Assembly (NCBI RefSeq): GCF_009914755.1
Contig: NC_060928.1
Origin: the human T2T-CHM13v2.0 reference genome, Homo sapiens
DNA length: 64,000 nt
Strand: one strand, 5' to 3'
A model generated the notes under the pieces. It did no database searches and was not told the DNA's origin. It saw only the letters and a list, made by a program, of their open reading frames with translations. Both the position numbers and the translations under genes were made by a program. Below, in pieces: positions 41,560 through 56,180 of this stretch (positions are counted from its first letter, which is position 1; each line of letters starts with the position of its first letter).

Positions 41560-42943
41560 CTGTAAGAAAAGCACAAAGCAGAATGTTTCTACTAAAGCCA
41601 GAAAGGTTGGCTGGGTCCCAGCGCCCGGCATGGATACAGCATGCCCTGCGCACAGGTACTCAGGGGATACTGGAAGGGCCAGCCCCCACCATCGGGACCC
41701 AAGACCCCTGAGCAGAGCCCAGACCCAGGGGGTGCCCCCGGGCTGTCCAAGGCACCCTGTGGGGAGGCAGGGGGAGACCTGGCTGCACTTGCCCAGCCTG
41801 CAAGAGCCCAGCATGCAGCTCCCTGCCGGGGTAGTCCAGGAGGGGTCAGCCTACTTTACCAGGCGGCATCCAGAGAGAGGTCTTGGTATTTCCAGAGGGA
41901 GCGGGAGGGACAGGAGGAGGAAGAAAAGGGGAGAGGGAGGGGAGGGAAAGATAATATGATTTCCCTAGGTGCAAGAATTAGGGGAGTGGGGTGAAAAAGG
42001 ATGAATACTTTCCTTTTCACATCTCTGTATTGCTCAGTATGTTCAATGAGCATTTTGTTTTTATCATTCTTGAAGTTTATTAAATTAGACTACAAATGCT
42101 AATACTGAAATAACCCAAACAAACCACATTGCCTGGTTTGGCTTATTTTTGCCTGGAGCAAAAAAAAAAAAAATCACCCCGAAATGCTCCCTTTACCCCC
42201 ACGTTCCAGCACACACTTCCTACCCTGAGGGCACGGCGGGTGCAGCCTATTGCTAAATGTGGATGCTAAATCCCCGTGGCTCATTCTTTCCTAAAACGGG
42301 AAGAAGTTTCCTAATCCCTACCTACATCTGAATTTATAATAACCAGTTTCCTGAATCAGTAAGTAAAGGGCTGAAATGTCATTTTGAGCATCCCGTTTTC
42401 CCTGTCCTGTGCCTTCCCTAGGATGAAAACAGCCCCGAGATGGCCCCTGTGTATTGGGAGGAAGAGCCCAGAGCAGGCTTTTCTCCTGCGCAGAGCCTGG
42501 TGTGGCCTCCTCTGCCAACCTCCGGGCCAGGTGATAAGGCCGTGAATCTTCCAGCAAAGGGGCTCTTCCCACAGGGCCCAGGCCTCGGCACCAGCTGTCC
42601 CCTCCACTGGAGCAGCCCTCCCACACTCCCACCCCTGCCACCCTGACTGCTATCTCATCCCACCTGCCACCTCCACTCGGGAGCTTTCTCTGAACCCTTC
42701 CCCAATCTGGGCATTCACAGCCCCATTTCCACACTGTTCAGGGATTACTTGGGTGTATTCTTCCCCACTAGATGGCCAGTCTCTCAAGCGCAGGGCCTGG
42801 CACCTGGGCCACGTCAGGGAGTACCAGGTGCAGGGATCTCTCTGGATAGCAGGTCACACCACAGCATCTGGCCCCAGAATGTGGGTGAAACAATCATTTC
42901 GCTGATCACAATTATTCAAATGCCCAGTGGTCTGGGTAGCACT

Positions 42944-43245
42944 CTTTTTTTTTTTTTTTGAGACGGAGTCTCACTCTGTCGCCCTGGCTGGATGGAGTGC
43001 AGTGGCGCGATCTTGGATCACTGCAAGCTCTGCCCCCCAGGTTCACACCATTCTCCTGCCTCAGCCTCCGAGTAGCTGGGACTACAGACCCCCACCACCA
43101 CGCCTGGCTAATTTTTTTGTATTTTTAGTAGAGACGGGGTTTCACTGTGTTAGCCAGGATGGTCTCGATCTCCTGACCTCGTGATCCGCCCGCCTCAGCC
43201 TCCCAAAGTGTTGGGATTACAGGCATGAGCCACCACGCCCGGCCT
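42944..43245 (-). mobile_element. Alu (AluY-like)
   Basis: TSD tggtctg(g/a)gtagcactctt. Confidence 0.94.
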
Positions 43246-43551
43246 GGTCTGAGTAGCACTCTTAAGTGTAAATCAGAGATTGAGACAGCTCTGTATTTTT
43301 AAAAATAAAAGTCACCAGGTATCAACGTCACAGTTGTCAACTGCTGGCTCACTGCATTCATAATGAGTATTCCTGAGTTTGTGGCCTGTGACCTGTCCTC
43401 ACACCTGCTTAAATCCAGGTGCCCCCACTTCACACTGACTTCCTCTAACAGCAGGAGTTCTGTGACAGCCACAGGGGACAGAAAGCAACCCTGCAGGGCA
43501 AACAAACCCTGCTGTCTACACAGCATGTCTACATGGCACGTCCACATGTGA

Positions 43552-43869
<318 letters not shown>

Positions 43870-44229
43870 CTTCTGGGACAGTTTCTAAGACGATGGGCTT
43901 GAGCCCTCCACAGCAGCAGTGGCTATGGTCTCCACAGCTCGGGCCAAGAAGCCTGTTACACACATTAACTTGTCAAGTCCTTGCAGCAGTGCTATGGGTA
44001 TATTATTACTCTCACTGACCATAACAGGCACAGAGAGGTGGAAGAGCTTGAGCAAGGTCACACAGCAGCAGGTGGTAGAGCTGCGGTTACAGTCCAGGAG
44101 CCTGGCCCCCGAGTGCAGAGCTTAAGCCCATGCCCAGGCCTGGCAGGCACTCAACCCCCAGCCTGGCTGTCCGCAAGTCCTGGTACAGATCTCAGGTCTG
44201 GGGTGTGCACCCCCTGCTCACATGCTCAC

Positions 44230-45120
44230 TGCTAAGGCTTGAATGTTTGTCCCTGTTAGATACAGTTATGTTCCCTCTTCAAACAGCTTATCCAGTTTCC
44301 CCATTCTCTGTACTATAATTCCAAATACCCCCCTTGCCTTTGCTGTGCCCCAACTTGTCTGAATAAGCCTAGGCATGCCTGGACTTGCTACAGCCCCAGT
44401 CCACATTCCTTTCGTTACCAGGGAATAAGTTACCTTCCTAGTCGCTCCATAAATGACCCCCTTTCTCTCTCTTCTCACCTCCCTTACATGCCTACCTTAT
44501 CTAAGAAAGTTTAAATGTTTAGCCCATTGGGACTAGTTTAGACTGTGCAGTCCGATCCTAGCCAATAGAGGAAAGACACAGAAGCAGAAGCTGCGTTAGA
44601 GATAATAAAAACCCTGATTTCCTTTGTTCTGTGTGCTCTCGCCATTGCTCCACAAGCGAGACATGCTCTTCTGCAGAAATAAATTTGCCTTGCTGAGAAA
44701 CCCTTTGTCCTTTGTCCAGTGCTCATTCTTCTTTGTGGCACCGAGCATTTGTTTTCAACATCCCCTTCAAAACTCATGTTGAAATCTAACACCTGTGTGG
44801 CAGTATTGAGAGGGGGGCCCTTAAGAGGGGAGCAGACCGTGAAGGTCCTGCCATCAGGATGGACTGATACATTCATGGATTAACAGGCCATCATGGGAAC
44901 AGGACGGGTGGCTCTGAAGACAGGAGGAAAGCTCTGAGCCAGCCAGCATGCTCGGCCCCTCACCATGGGACTCTGCAGAAAGTTCCCAACAGCCACAGGA
45001 TGTGCCCCCTTCACGCTGGACTTCACAGCCTCCATCACTTTAGGAAATCCATCCTTTTCTTTATAAATTCCCCAGGAGTTTCAGGTATTCTGTTACATGT
45101 CACAGGAGTGAACTAACACA
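44230..45120 (+). mobile_element. MST-type MaLR LTR split by a nested LTR
   Basis: tgctaaggcttgaatgtttgtccc, then the insert, then tccccttcaaaactcatgttgaaat ... caggtattctgttac...actaacaca. Confidence 0.78.
44254..44760 (+). mobile_element. Intact solo ERV1 LTR (LTR10-like), 507 bp
   Basis: TGTT...AACA termini, 4-bp TSD TCCC, CCAAT near 44562, AATAAA near 44678, p53-like tandem half-sites. Confidence 0.8.
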
Positions 45121-45472
45121 CGCCGCACCCTCGTGTCCTGAACGAACAACATGGAGGATGCTGGTGAACTGATCCAAGCCAAGAAGTCGGACACAAGAGA
45201 ACAGGCCCCAGGTTTAGGATGTTCAAAACCAGGCAAAGCGATCTACCTGGCTAGGGTGCCCTTGGGGACTCACGGGGGAGTCTGGGGCACCAGACCTGTT
45301 CTCTTTCTTGACTCGGTACTGGTTCCATGGGTGTGTCCAGTTTGTAAAAATGTACCAAGATGCACAGGTATAATTCACGCACCCCTCTGTGTGTATTACA
45401 TGCCAACAAAGCAAAGACCTAAACGCAAGAGCTAAAACTGAAAAACGATTAGAAGAAAACATGCTGTTAAGA

Positions 45473-45760
45473 GGACAGGTGCAGTGGCTCACACCTGTAA
45501 TCCAAGTGCTCTCAGAGGTCAAGGCAAGAGGATCACTTGAGGCCAGGAGTTCAAGACCAGCCTGGGCAACATAGTGAGACATGGTCTCTACAAAAAAAAT
45601 TGAAAAATTAGCCAGGCATGGTGGCTTGCACCTGTAGTCCCAGCTACTCAGGAGGCTGAGGTGGGAGGATACTTTGAGCTCAGGAGCTCTAAGTTACAGT
45701 GAGCTCTGATCATGCCACTGCACTCCAGCCTGGATGACAGAGTGAAACCCAGACTCTTAC
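45473..45760 (+). mobile_element. Alu (AluJ-like) within L1 remnant
   Basis: Alu body flanked by L1-like sequence. Confidence 0.9.
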
Positions 45761-46146
45761 AGAAACGTTTTAAAAAGGTGGGCAAAGGACCTGAATAGAC
45801 ACTTCTTCAATGAAAATATACAAATGGCCAACTGGTACATGAAAAGATGCTCAACATCCTTGTCATTAAGAAATTGCAAATCAAAACCATAGGAGACACC
45901 ACTTCATACCCATGAGGGTAGCTACAATAATAACAACACAGAAAGGAAAAGAAAAGGTGTTGGTGAGGATGTCAAGACACAGGAGCCCTCGTGCGCTGCT
46001 GATGGAAACACAAAACAGTGCAGCTACTGTGGAAGACAGTGTATTGGTTTTTCAAGAAGTTAAACACAGAATTACCAGGAGCCAGGAAATTCACTCTTTG
46101 GCATTTAAAGAAAATGAAGAGAAAAGAACAAGAGAAATGAAAACTT

Positions 46147-46947
<801 letters not shown>

Positions 46948-49900
46948 TCACAGAAGCATTCTATATAACAGCGAAAGGATAGAAACAGCCCCGGTGTCCA
47001 TCGTGGATGAAGAAATAGTGGCGTATCTATGCCAGGGAGTATTATTCAGCCACAGACAGGAATGAAAGCACTGATCCTGCTACAACATGGATGAACTCTG
47101 AAAACGTGTGCAGTGAAAGATGCCAGACGCAAAGCCACGGGGTAGAGGATTCCTTCACTATGGAAAATCCGGAGCAGGCAAATCCATGGAGACAGAAAGC
47201 AGGTGAGTGGCTGCCAGAGGCTGGGGGAGGAGGGAATGGGGAGTAACTGCCTAGTGGGGGTGAGGTTTCCTCTCGGGGTGACGAAAAAGTTTTGGAACTA
47301 GAGAGAACTGGAAGTTGCATGATATTGTGAATGCACCAAATGCCACCGAACATTTTAAATGGTTAATTGTACGTTACGTGAATGTCACCTCAACTTTTTA
47401 AAGAAGAGCTGATCCCCAAATGGCCAACTTTTGAATGACCAACCACATACCAAGCATTGTGTCAGGTGCTCTGCCTGCCTCAAGTTCATCCTCACAGCAG
47501 CCCCTTGGGGTGAACACTCTTGTCTATCCTTGTTTTCCAGAGGAGGAGGTCGAGGCTCAGAGAGGCGAGGGGGGCCTACCCAAGGCCATGTCATTGAGAG
47601 AATGAGGAGCCAGGATCCAAAGAAGGCAGGCTGGATGCTACCTCCTGGGAAGACTCCATGGGCCATGGGGACAATCGGGGACATTTGTGGCTGAGCCCCT
47701 GCAGGTCCGGGGCCTCAGAGCACGGAATTAACTGCATCCTCAGCTCACCGGCTCCCTGTCAACAGCCCTCCTCCCACACCCAACGCACAGACACAGGAAA
47801 AGGAAGGGTCGCAGAGCTCCTAGTGAGCTGGGGGCAGAGACGGAAGCCTTCCACGCTGTACACGCCACGGCCTGGCCCATGGCACAGAGGAGCAGCCTGG
47901 GGTCTGAGAAGTCACACAGCAGAGTTAGAGCCAAGTCTGAGCCAGTGCCAGCTCTGCACCCTTTCCAGTGATGGCACAGCCGCGTGGCCAGGGGCAGCCG
48001 GCACCCTCACTCACAGTTCGGGCCACTCATAAAGTATGAGAGTCAACAGCCAAACCCTTACATTTTAAGGACGCTCCATGTTCTGGAACAATCCACCCAT
48101 GGTGGAGGGGCAGGGCTGGAGGGCCTGTGTCTTCAGGCTCTGAGGAACACCACAGGACCGTCAAGTGGACGGAGCAAATGTGCCTGCCGGTGCTCAGGCC
48201 TGTCCCAGGCTCGTGGCCAAAGCCATGGAGGTGACAGATTCCAGCCTGAGATTCTCTCTTCCTGGCTGTGTGACTCAGGCCCTGTGTCACGTGCTGGGGT
48301 TCAGTGTCCCCGTGTATAAGATGGAGAGGACTGTCCCTCCCTCTCAGGCTGGGGTAGTATAACCGGGCTCTGTGATTCCAGAGGACATTTAGCTGGAAGG
48401 TACCGGCATGGCACAGGTCACCCCCTCCCTACCCCATACTTCCTGCTGAGAACCAGTGGGTCACAGGCGGCCATCGATGGGCTGATGGAGTCAAAAATTA
48501 GAAGTGTCCTCATTCCCTGTGTCACCTCCTGTTGTCATTCCCATTCTCTCATAGTGACTGGGGCGTCCCAGTCATCGGTACAGTGGCCACATCCTCCCAA
48601 TTGCCACCCGAGGAGTGCCTGAAACCTCGGCCGCTGGTTGTTCCAGTGGGCGCACGGCTCCCCAGGCAGGCGGAAGTCCCACCCTCGCCCGCGTGGGGCT
48701 CATGATGGCTCGGATTTCAAAATATATGAGCAACTGAAAGACTTTGCAGTGAGTGGTTTTAGGAAGACATCTTGTGCCTTCTGAAGGGTGGCTGTCATCT
48801 TTAATAAGGCAGAACGAGGTGCCAGGGAAGCACACCCACAGCCTGTGGTGGCTCAGGGTGACCACAGGTCCTCAGCCAGTGCTGGGTCAGAGGGCAGCGG
48901 TTTAAGGGACGTCCCCACTGTGACGTGCAGAATAGGGCCAGCAGGACAGAGGTGTGGCAAAGCTGTCCCGCCTCCAGAAACCCCTCCTGTCCCAGCAGAG
49001 GAGAGCTAGTGGTCCCCCGTCTTTGGGCTTCTGGAGAATGGATCAGCCCTCTCTGCCATGAGCCCCTCACACCTGAGGCAGGAGGCCCCTTTCCTCCCTG
49101 AATCCAACCACGGAATCCGGGTGCAAAGGCCTCCTCTGCCCACTGGAGAGCTGCCACACTTCCCCTTGCTTCTTCCCCGCTGCGGGCTCCCGCTCAGCCG
49201 AGGGCCAGGGCTGGGCCTGCGGGCTGCACCTCCCTGCAGCAGGCAGCTCCCAGCAGCTGCTCCTCACAGTCATCGGCCCAGTTCAGAGCTCTAGTTTCCT
49301 TTCTGAACTTCCAGAACTGAGTCCAGGTCTTAAAAGACCTAATCACCATGATGCACAAACAAAATGAAATTTACAAAGAAACAAATGAAAGCTGTGAGCA
49401 GGGGATCCCCCTGGGGGTGTTTGGCGGCCAGGACAGAATCCCCAGAATCCCCAGGGGCCACTGCATCCCAGAAAGAAGGGCCCCACTCTGAGCAGTGCCC
49501 AGCAAGGCCCCTTGAGATCTGGGCCCTCCCCAGACCTTCCACACCCTCTGGAACACAGCTCCTCTTGGCCCCAGGCCTGTCTAGCACACTCACTCCTGGC
49601 CCCACTGCCTCTTCCTCTCTACCCAGCTCCCGTTAAGGCGTGAGCCTCAGGAGCGCTTGGCCCAGCGGCCTCATTCTCTGCTGTACCCCGGCGTCCCCTC
49701 CAGCAGTGGCACTGGCAGACGAGCCGTCCAGTGGGGACGTTCTGAACAAGGCAACACGGTGCCCAGGAAGCCAGCCTGAGCGGCCCTAGAGGACCAGAGA
49801 ACTTGACTAAGTTTGGGAAAGGCTAGGGCAGAATCCCGCCTGTGGATGTTCACACGCACTGCAGCGTGTCCAGGCTCGGAGGGTCCCACCACGAAGACAG

Positions 49901-50029
49901 TGATGAGCACATTGCCCGGGGACCAGGGGACGCAAGGGAGGACACGACAGGCCAGCGTGGAAGGGTAGGACCAGGGGCTCTGATGCGCTGCCGGCATGAG
50001 GCAAGGCAGGAAGGCAGAGATGCGGCAAA

Positions 50030-50810
50030 GGGTGTGTGCGCATGTGCGTGTCTGTGTGTCTCTGTGTTTTGCCTGGTGTCTGTGTGGATGTCTTTCCGTG
50101 TGTCTGTGTGTGCATCGTGTGTGCTGTCTTGGTTGTCTGTGTGCATTTCTGTGTGTCTCTGTGTGTGTTTGTGTGTTGTCTGTGTGTTGCTATGTGCAGT
50201 CTCTGTGTCCATGTGTCCTTGTGTTGTCTGTGTACGTTTCGGTGTGTCCATGCATGTTGTCTGTGTCTCTCCGTGTGCTTGTGTGTCTCTATGTGTTGTC
50301 TGTGTGTACGTGTCTGTGGGTGCCGTGTGTGTTTTCTGTGTGTCTGCGTTGTCGATGTCTGTGTCCCTGTGTTTATGTTGGTTGTGTGTGTCATGTGTTT
50401 CTTTCTGTGTGTTTATTTCCATGTGTGTTGTTTGTGTGCCTAAGCGTGCTGTCTGCACGTCTTGTATGTGTATGTGATCTGTGTGTCCTTTTGTGTGTTT
50501 GTGTGTGTCTATGTGCTTTGTGTGTGTATGTATCTGTGTATCTGAGTGTGTCTGTGTCATCTGTGTCTTTCTGTGTGTTTGTGTGTCTGCATGTGTCTAT
50601 GTATGTCTACAATCTGTGTCTGTGTGTGTACGTCTGTGTGTGTATGTGTGTGGCCTGTGTGTCTGTCTGTGCTGTGTCTGTCTTGTGTGTGTGACCGCGT
50701 GTGTCTGTGTTTTGTCCTGTGTCTCTGTGTCCACGTGTGTTGTCTGTGGGTTGTGCATGTGTGTGTATATCTCGTGTGTGTCTGTGGATGTGTGTATCTG
50801 CACGTGTGCA
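50030..50810. repeat. Degenerate (TG)n/(TGTC)n low-complexity block
   Basis: About 780 bp GT-rich; source of the Cys/Val and His/Thr ORFs. Confidence 0.93.
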
Positions 50811-52342
50811 AAATCTGAAAGGATGACTTCTAGATGCCAGCAGTAGTTAGCTGTGGGGGTGGCACTATGAATGTTTTGGCTTATTTTATGATAAACAGGT
50901 ATTCCTTTTGAGTGAGAGAAGTTGGGGACTTGAGAAGTCGCTATCACCTCTACCCATCAGAAATGCTGTATTTATTTGGAAACACGGTTTGTTTTCTCCC
51001 AGTGACGAGAGTCATCCGTGCTTCCTGCCCCAAGACAGACAGGAGGAAGCAAAGAACAAATGTCCCGCAATTGCAAGAATGATGTTCAACTGGTCCCTGA
51101 CCCAGGGCAGAGAGAGCCTCGGCACCCCCTTTCCTGCCAGCCTCCCCTGTGGCAGGGATCTGTCACCTGCGTCTCTGTGAACCCAGCATCTAGCCCAGGG
51201 TGGAACACACAGTGAGGCCAGGAAGGGTCTAGAAGGGAGTGGTTGACTGGGGAAGGAAAGAGAGGAGGGGCAGAGGGAGGGAAGGAGGAGGGGAGGAGTA
51301 AAGGGAGGAGTAATTGATTCGCAGAACCAGGGGGACGCTGGGCTTCTTGTTACCGGGGAGACGGCCCCTGCACAGACTGCACGAGGCACACCGGTCCAGA
51401 CCTCAGCCCTGACAGGGTTAACAGAGGGTGGGGCTGGGAACAGGCACCCCCACTCCCGCCCACCTCTTCAGGAGGTGTTGACAGGGCGAGGGAGGGATGG
51501 GGTTCCTGGAAGGTGGGGCTCTGAACACATGGCCAGTGGCTTCTCCTCATCCACACCTCCTCCCTTTATGCAGCCCTGGTCTAGAGGCTGGTCACACCGC
51601 TGTCCCCGTGGATTCGCCAGCTGAGTCCCAGCTCCCTCTGTGGGGGCAGCGCATCCGTCCCCAGCAGCTGGCTCTGCCACAGTTGCTGCCAGGCGCCACC
51701 CACCTCTGCTGCCACAGCCCAGTGCCTCCCCCATCCCTAGCCAGCCATCCCGGCCCAGGAGTGGGACACAGATATCAGCCCCTCCCATGCCCCCACAGGA
51801 CCCCAGCAAGGAGCCGGCTCATCAGGACAGACACCCAGAGATGGGTGGGATGCAGGCCAACATGCATGAGGGTGCTGCACGTTTAGGAGAAACTGAGGGA
51901 GAGACGGGGAAGGAAAACCCCACTGTCACCACCAAATGCACATTTCGCGGGCAGGCGGGCACTGCGGGCGCCAGCACTTAGGATGGCACCATGCCCACCA
52001 CACGCAGACACAGCACAGGCGAGGGCTCGGCTGGCAGTGGGAGCCTGGGATGCTCTGTGCTTGGGTCCTGCAGAGGGAAGCCAGGGGCACTGCCAAGCGC
52101 CTTAGGGGGCAAAACGGGGGTGGGGGAACAGGTGGCTCCGAGGTCTCACACCTGACTGCTCTGTCCCCAAAAACCCACCCACCCGCAGCCCCTCCTGGCC
52201 CCTGTGAGCCCCCATCAGCCCCTTGGAGTTGCGGGCCAGGTTTCCTACCTGCACAGCTTCTGGGCACCAGAGCCCAGTCTGACGGCCCTGCTTGAGTGCC
52301 GTGCTCCCTGGAACGTGTGCCTGCGAGGGTGGACACCCTCAC

Positions 52343-52600
52343 CTTCAGCCAACAGTCTGTCACCTGCTCCTGCTGCGCCCTGGGAGTCCACTGTCACCCA
52401 GCGGGGCACCGGCACACTGGGCCGAGCATCAGGCAGTGCCACCGCGGCGGCGGCAGCTCCCCTTCTGCGGAGCCAGGCTTGTCCCCGCCCGCAGTTCCCA
52501 CCTTGCACCCGGGGAGGATGCTCAGAGCTGTGCAGAGCCCGCCGACTCAGCCACGCCGCCACAGACTCGCCTCCCCGGCAGAGGCGAAAACAAAAGCATT
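52343..52600 (-). promoter_or_regulatory. CpG-rich candidate internal promoter and alternative first exon
   Basis: Local CpG cluster (ccgcggcggcgg), GC box CCCCGCCC at 52483-52490, GCCACGCC near 52550, and a strong minus-strand donor AAG|GTGAGG at 52343/52342. Confidence 0.5.
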
Positions 52601-54263
52601 AATCTTCCCCAGGAGGCCCTTTCTCCTCCACAGCAGAGGAGGAGGAAAAAACCCAGACCTGTTTTGCTCCTGTTCCTCGAATTAGGATGGTTCCTTCCCG
52701 ATGAACCAGGGCGCACCCCAAATTCTGTATTTGGCATTAAATATCAGGGATGCTTACATTGCAGACATGGGACGCTTGCCTCCCAATCCATCAAGGGGAG
52801 GGGGGGCTGCCTGATGAAACCCACTTTGCTCGCCCAGTGCGGAGCGTGCCTGAGGCAGAGCAGCCCCAGTTTGGGTGGGGTCTGCCCCCGACCCCAGGCC
52901 AGGGCCTCTCTGGTGTGGGGGCTGCTGCCCATGGGTGTCAGAAACGCGGGGCAGGTGAGGCTCCTGCACCAGCAGCAGCAACAGCCGCAGCTGACTGCAC
53001 CCAAGATACACCCCACTTTAGGCCACCAGATGTTCCAACGTGGCTATGCTATTAAGCCAAAAATGCAAACCTGCATCTGTGCACCAGGAGAAGACAAAGG
53101 GTTGGGGGAAACCTGCGCACCCCGGGCTCCAGTCTGGCTCTGCCACCGACTCTCAGTGGCTGATGGCCGGGCACGTGGGTGGATCCAGCTGGACGCCCAG
53201 GTGAGTGGTGGGAGGCAGTGTGTATGTGGCGGAGGGAGAGTGCCTGCATGTGGTGTTGGCCTGGCTGAGCATCAGAGCCACCAGCGCATAAGAGGAGCAG
53301 GGTCAGGGACAGCACCTGAGTGGGGAACGCAGGCCCTGCAAGGCCCCTGGGGAAGTAGGGAGGGGTCGGTAAGAGGAGGCTTAAAGGCCTTAGGGTTTCC
53401 TGCACACAAAGCCCCCGGATCTGCAGAAGAGCAGGGAGAGTACAGGTGGAGGAGCACAGAGAGGGTCTCTGAGAGGCAGTGGGGCTGGTGCGAAGGGAGA
53501 GGAGAGGCTGAGTCTCTGCAGTGGGGACTTCCATACCAGGCTGCTGTTTTTAACGGGAGAGATGAACACTCTCTAAAACGCCACTGGAGGGGAAGCCCTG
53601 GCAGGTAAGGTGGGGAAGATGGGAGGAGACAGGATCAAGCACGGCAGAGGGGGCGATGGCCAGAGCGGCTGGACCCAGGCACAGGCGTGGTAGGGGTGGG
53701 GGTGGTGTGCGGGAAGCAGCAGGGCAAGGGAGAGAGTCAGGATAGAAATGGGGTCTCATAGAGAGTGAGCCACCCAGGCCGTCCTCGCTGAGGTCTGGCT
53801 GCCAACTCTTTGTCAAGCAGAAGACAAGGCCGCTGTGTGGGCAGGGAGCGCAGTCCAGGACAGTGTGGAAGGTCTGGGCTGTTCTTCGCGGAGAACGGAA
53901 ACGTGGCTTTGGACTGCCAGGCAGTGCATCAGGCCAGGCTCCATCCTATCCTGCAGGCTCCTCCAGAGCCCTCACCACCTCCTACAGGGTGGGGTGTGCC
54001 AGCAAGGGCTGAGCAAGGGGAGGGGTGAGGGAGGGAGAGGCCACGGCCCCAGGAGAAGGGGAGAGAGGAGAGGGCCAGGCAGGACGTCGTCCCTGGGATG
54101 CATCACTGGCTGTAAATATCAGATATGATCGCCACCCAGGAAAATACTTATAGGACAGACAGAACATCTGCAGCCTTATGTGATCCACCCGCACAGAAGG
54201 CACAAAGACCCTAAATAGATAAGCAGGCAACATTTACAACAGATAACTGAAATACAAGAATTA

Positions 54264-54605
<342 letters not shown>

Positions 54606-54654
54606 TCAGCCTCACTAGGGATGGAAGAAAGGCAAATTAAAGCTAGACCCTGCA

Positions 54655-54950
54655 GGGTGCGGTGGCTCACACCCCTAATCCCAGCACTTTGGGAGGCTGA
54701 GGTGGAAGGATCACTTGAGGCCAAGAGTTCCAGGCCAGCTGGGGCAATACAGCAAGATCCCTGTCTCTAAGAAAATTTTAAATACTATCCAAGCATGGTA
54801 TTGCATGCCTGTAGTCCCGGCTACGTGGGAGCCTGAGGAAGTATTGCTTGAGCTCAAGAGGTCGAGGCTACAGGGAGCTATGACTTCATCACTGCGCTCC
54901 AGCCTGGGTGACAGAGCAAGACCCCATCTCTAAAAAAAGAAATTTAAAAA
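54655..54950 (+). mobile_element. Alu (AluJ-like)
   Basis: Diverged Alu body. Confidence 0.88.
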
Positions 54951-55255
54951 AGCAAGATCCCATGTTTCCACCTATCAAATTGGCAAAGGTTTAGAGGAGA
55001 AATACTATATCTTGTTGACAAGATTGTAAATCAGAATAATCTTTCTAGAAAGCAATTTATAGTAACCATCAAGAACACTAAAAATGTTCCTAGTTTTTGA
55101 CTCAACTTCTACATTTCTGTGAATATATCTTAGGAAAAATTAGAAATGCAAACAAAGCATTATTTTTAAAGGGTGTTCGCTGCAATGTTACTGATGGTTG
55201 TAAAAAACTGGAAGGCGGCATTGTGTCCAGCCATAAATGATCAGCCTGGTAATTC

Positions 55256-55594
<339 letters not shown>

Positions 55595-55881
55595 TGATGC
55601 GAGAGTAAAGCTTATGTCCGAACGAACCTTGAAAACATCAAGCTATGTGAAAGAAGCCGGTCATGAAAGACTACATATTTCATGATTCCATTCATATGAA
55701 ACGTCCAGAAGAGAAGTCTATGGAGACAGAAAGTAGAATGGTGGTTGCCGAGGGCTTGCGGGTACGGGGAGTGACAGCTAAAAGGTATGGGGTTCTTTCT
55801 AAGGTGAGGAAACTGTTCTAAAATTGACTGTGGAGATGGCTGCAAATATCTATGGTTATTGATAAAGAAAACCATTGAATG

Positions 55882-56180
55882 GGCTGGGTATGGTGACTCA
55901 CACCTGTAATCCCAGCACTTTGGGCGGTGAAGGCAGGTGAATTGCTTAAGTTCAGGAGCTCGAGACCAGCTTGGGTGACATAGTGAGACCCTGTCTCTAC
56001 AAAAAATACAAAAATTAGCCAGGTGTGGTGGCGCACACCTGTAGTCCCAGCTGGTCGGGAGGCTGAGGTGGAAGGATCACTTAAGCCTGGGAAGTGAGGC
56101 TGCAGTGAGCTGTGATGACACCACCGCACTCCAGCCTGGGCAACTGAGTGAGAACCTCTCCAAAAAAAGAAAAAAAAGAA
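55882..56180 (+). mobile_element. Alu (AluJ-like) inserted in an L1M 3' remnant (~55600-56245)
   Basis: TSD aaagaaaaccattga; L1 3'UTR motifs (atgattccattcatatgaaa, gagacagaaagtaga) upstream. Confidence 0.9.

Noticed and set aside
49807-50947. Overlapping Cys/Val-rich and His/Thr-rich ORFs
   Set aside because: Products of the degenerate (TG)n tract.
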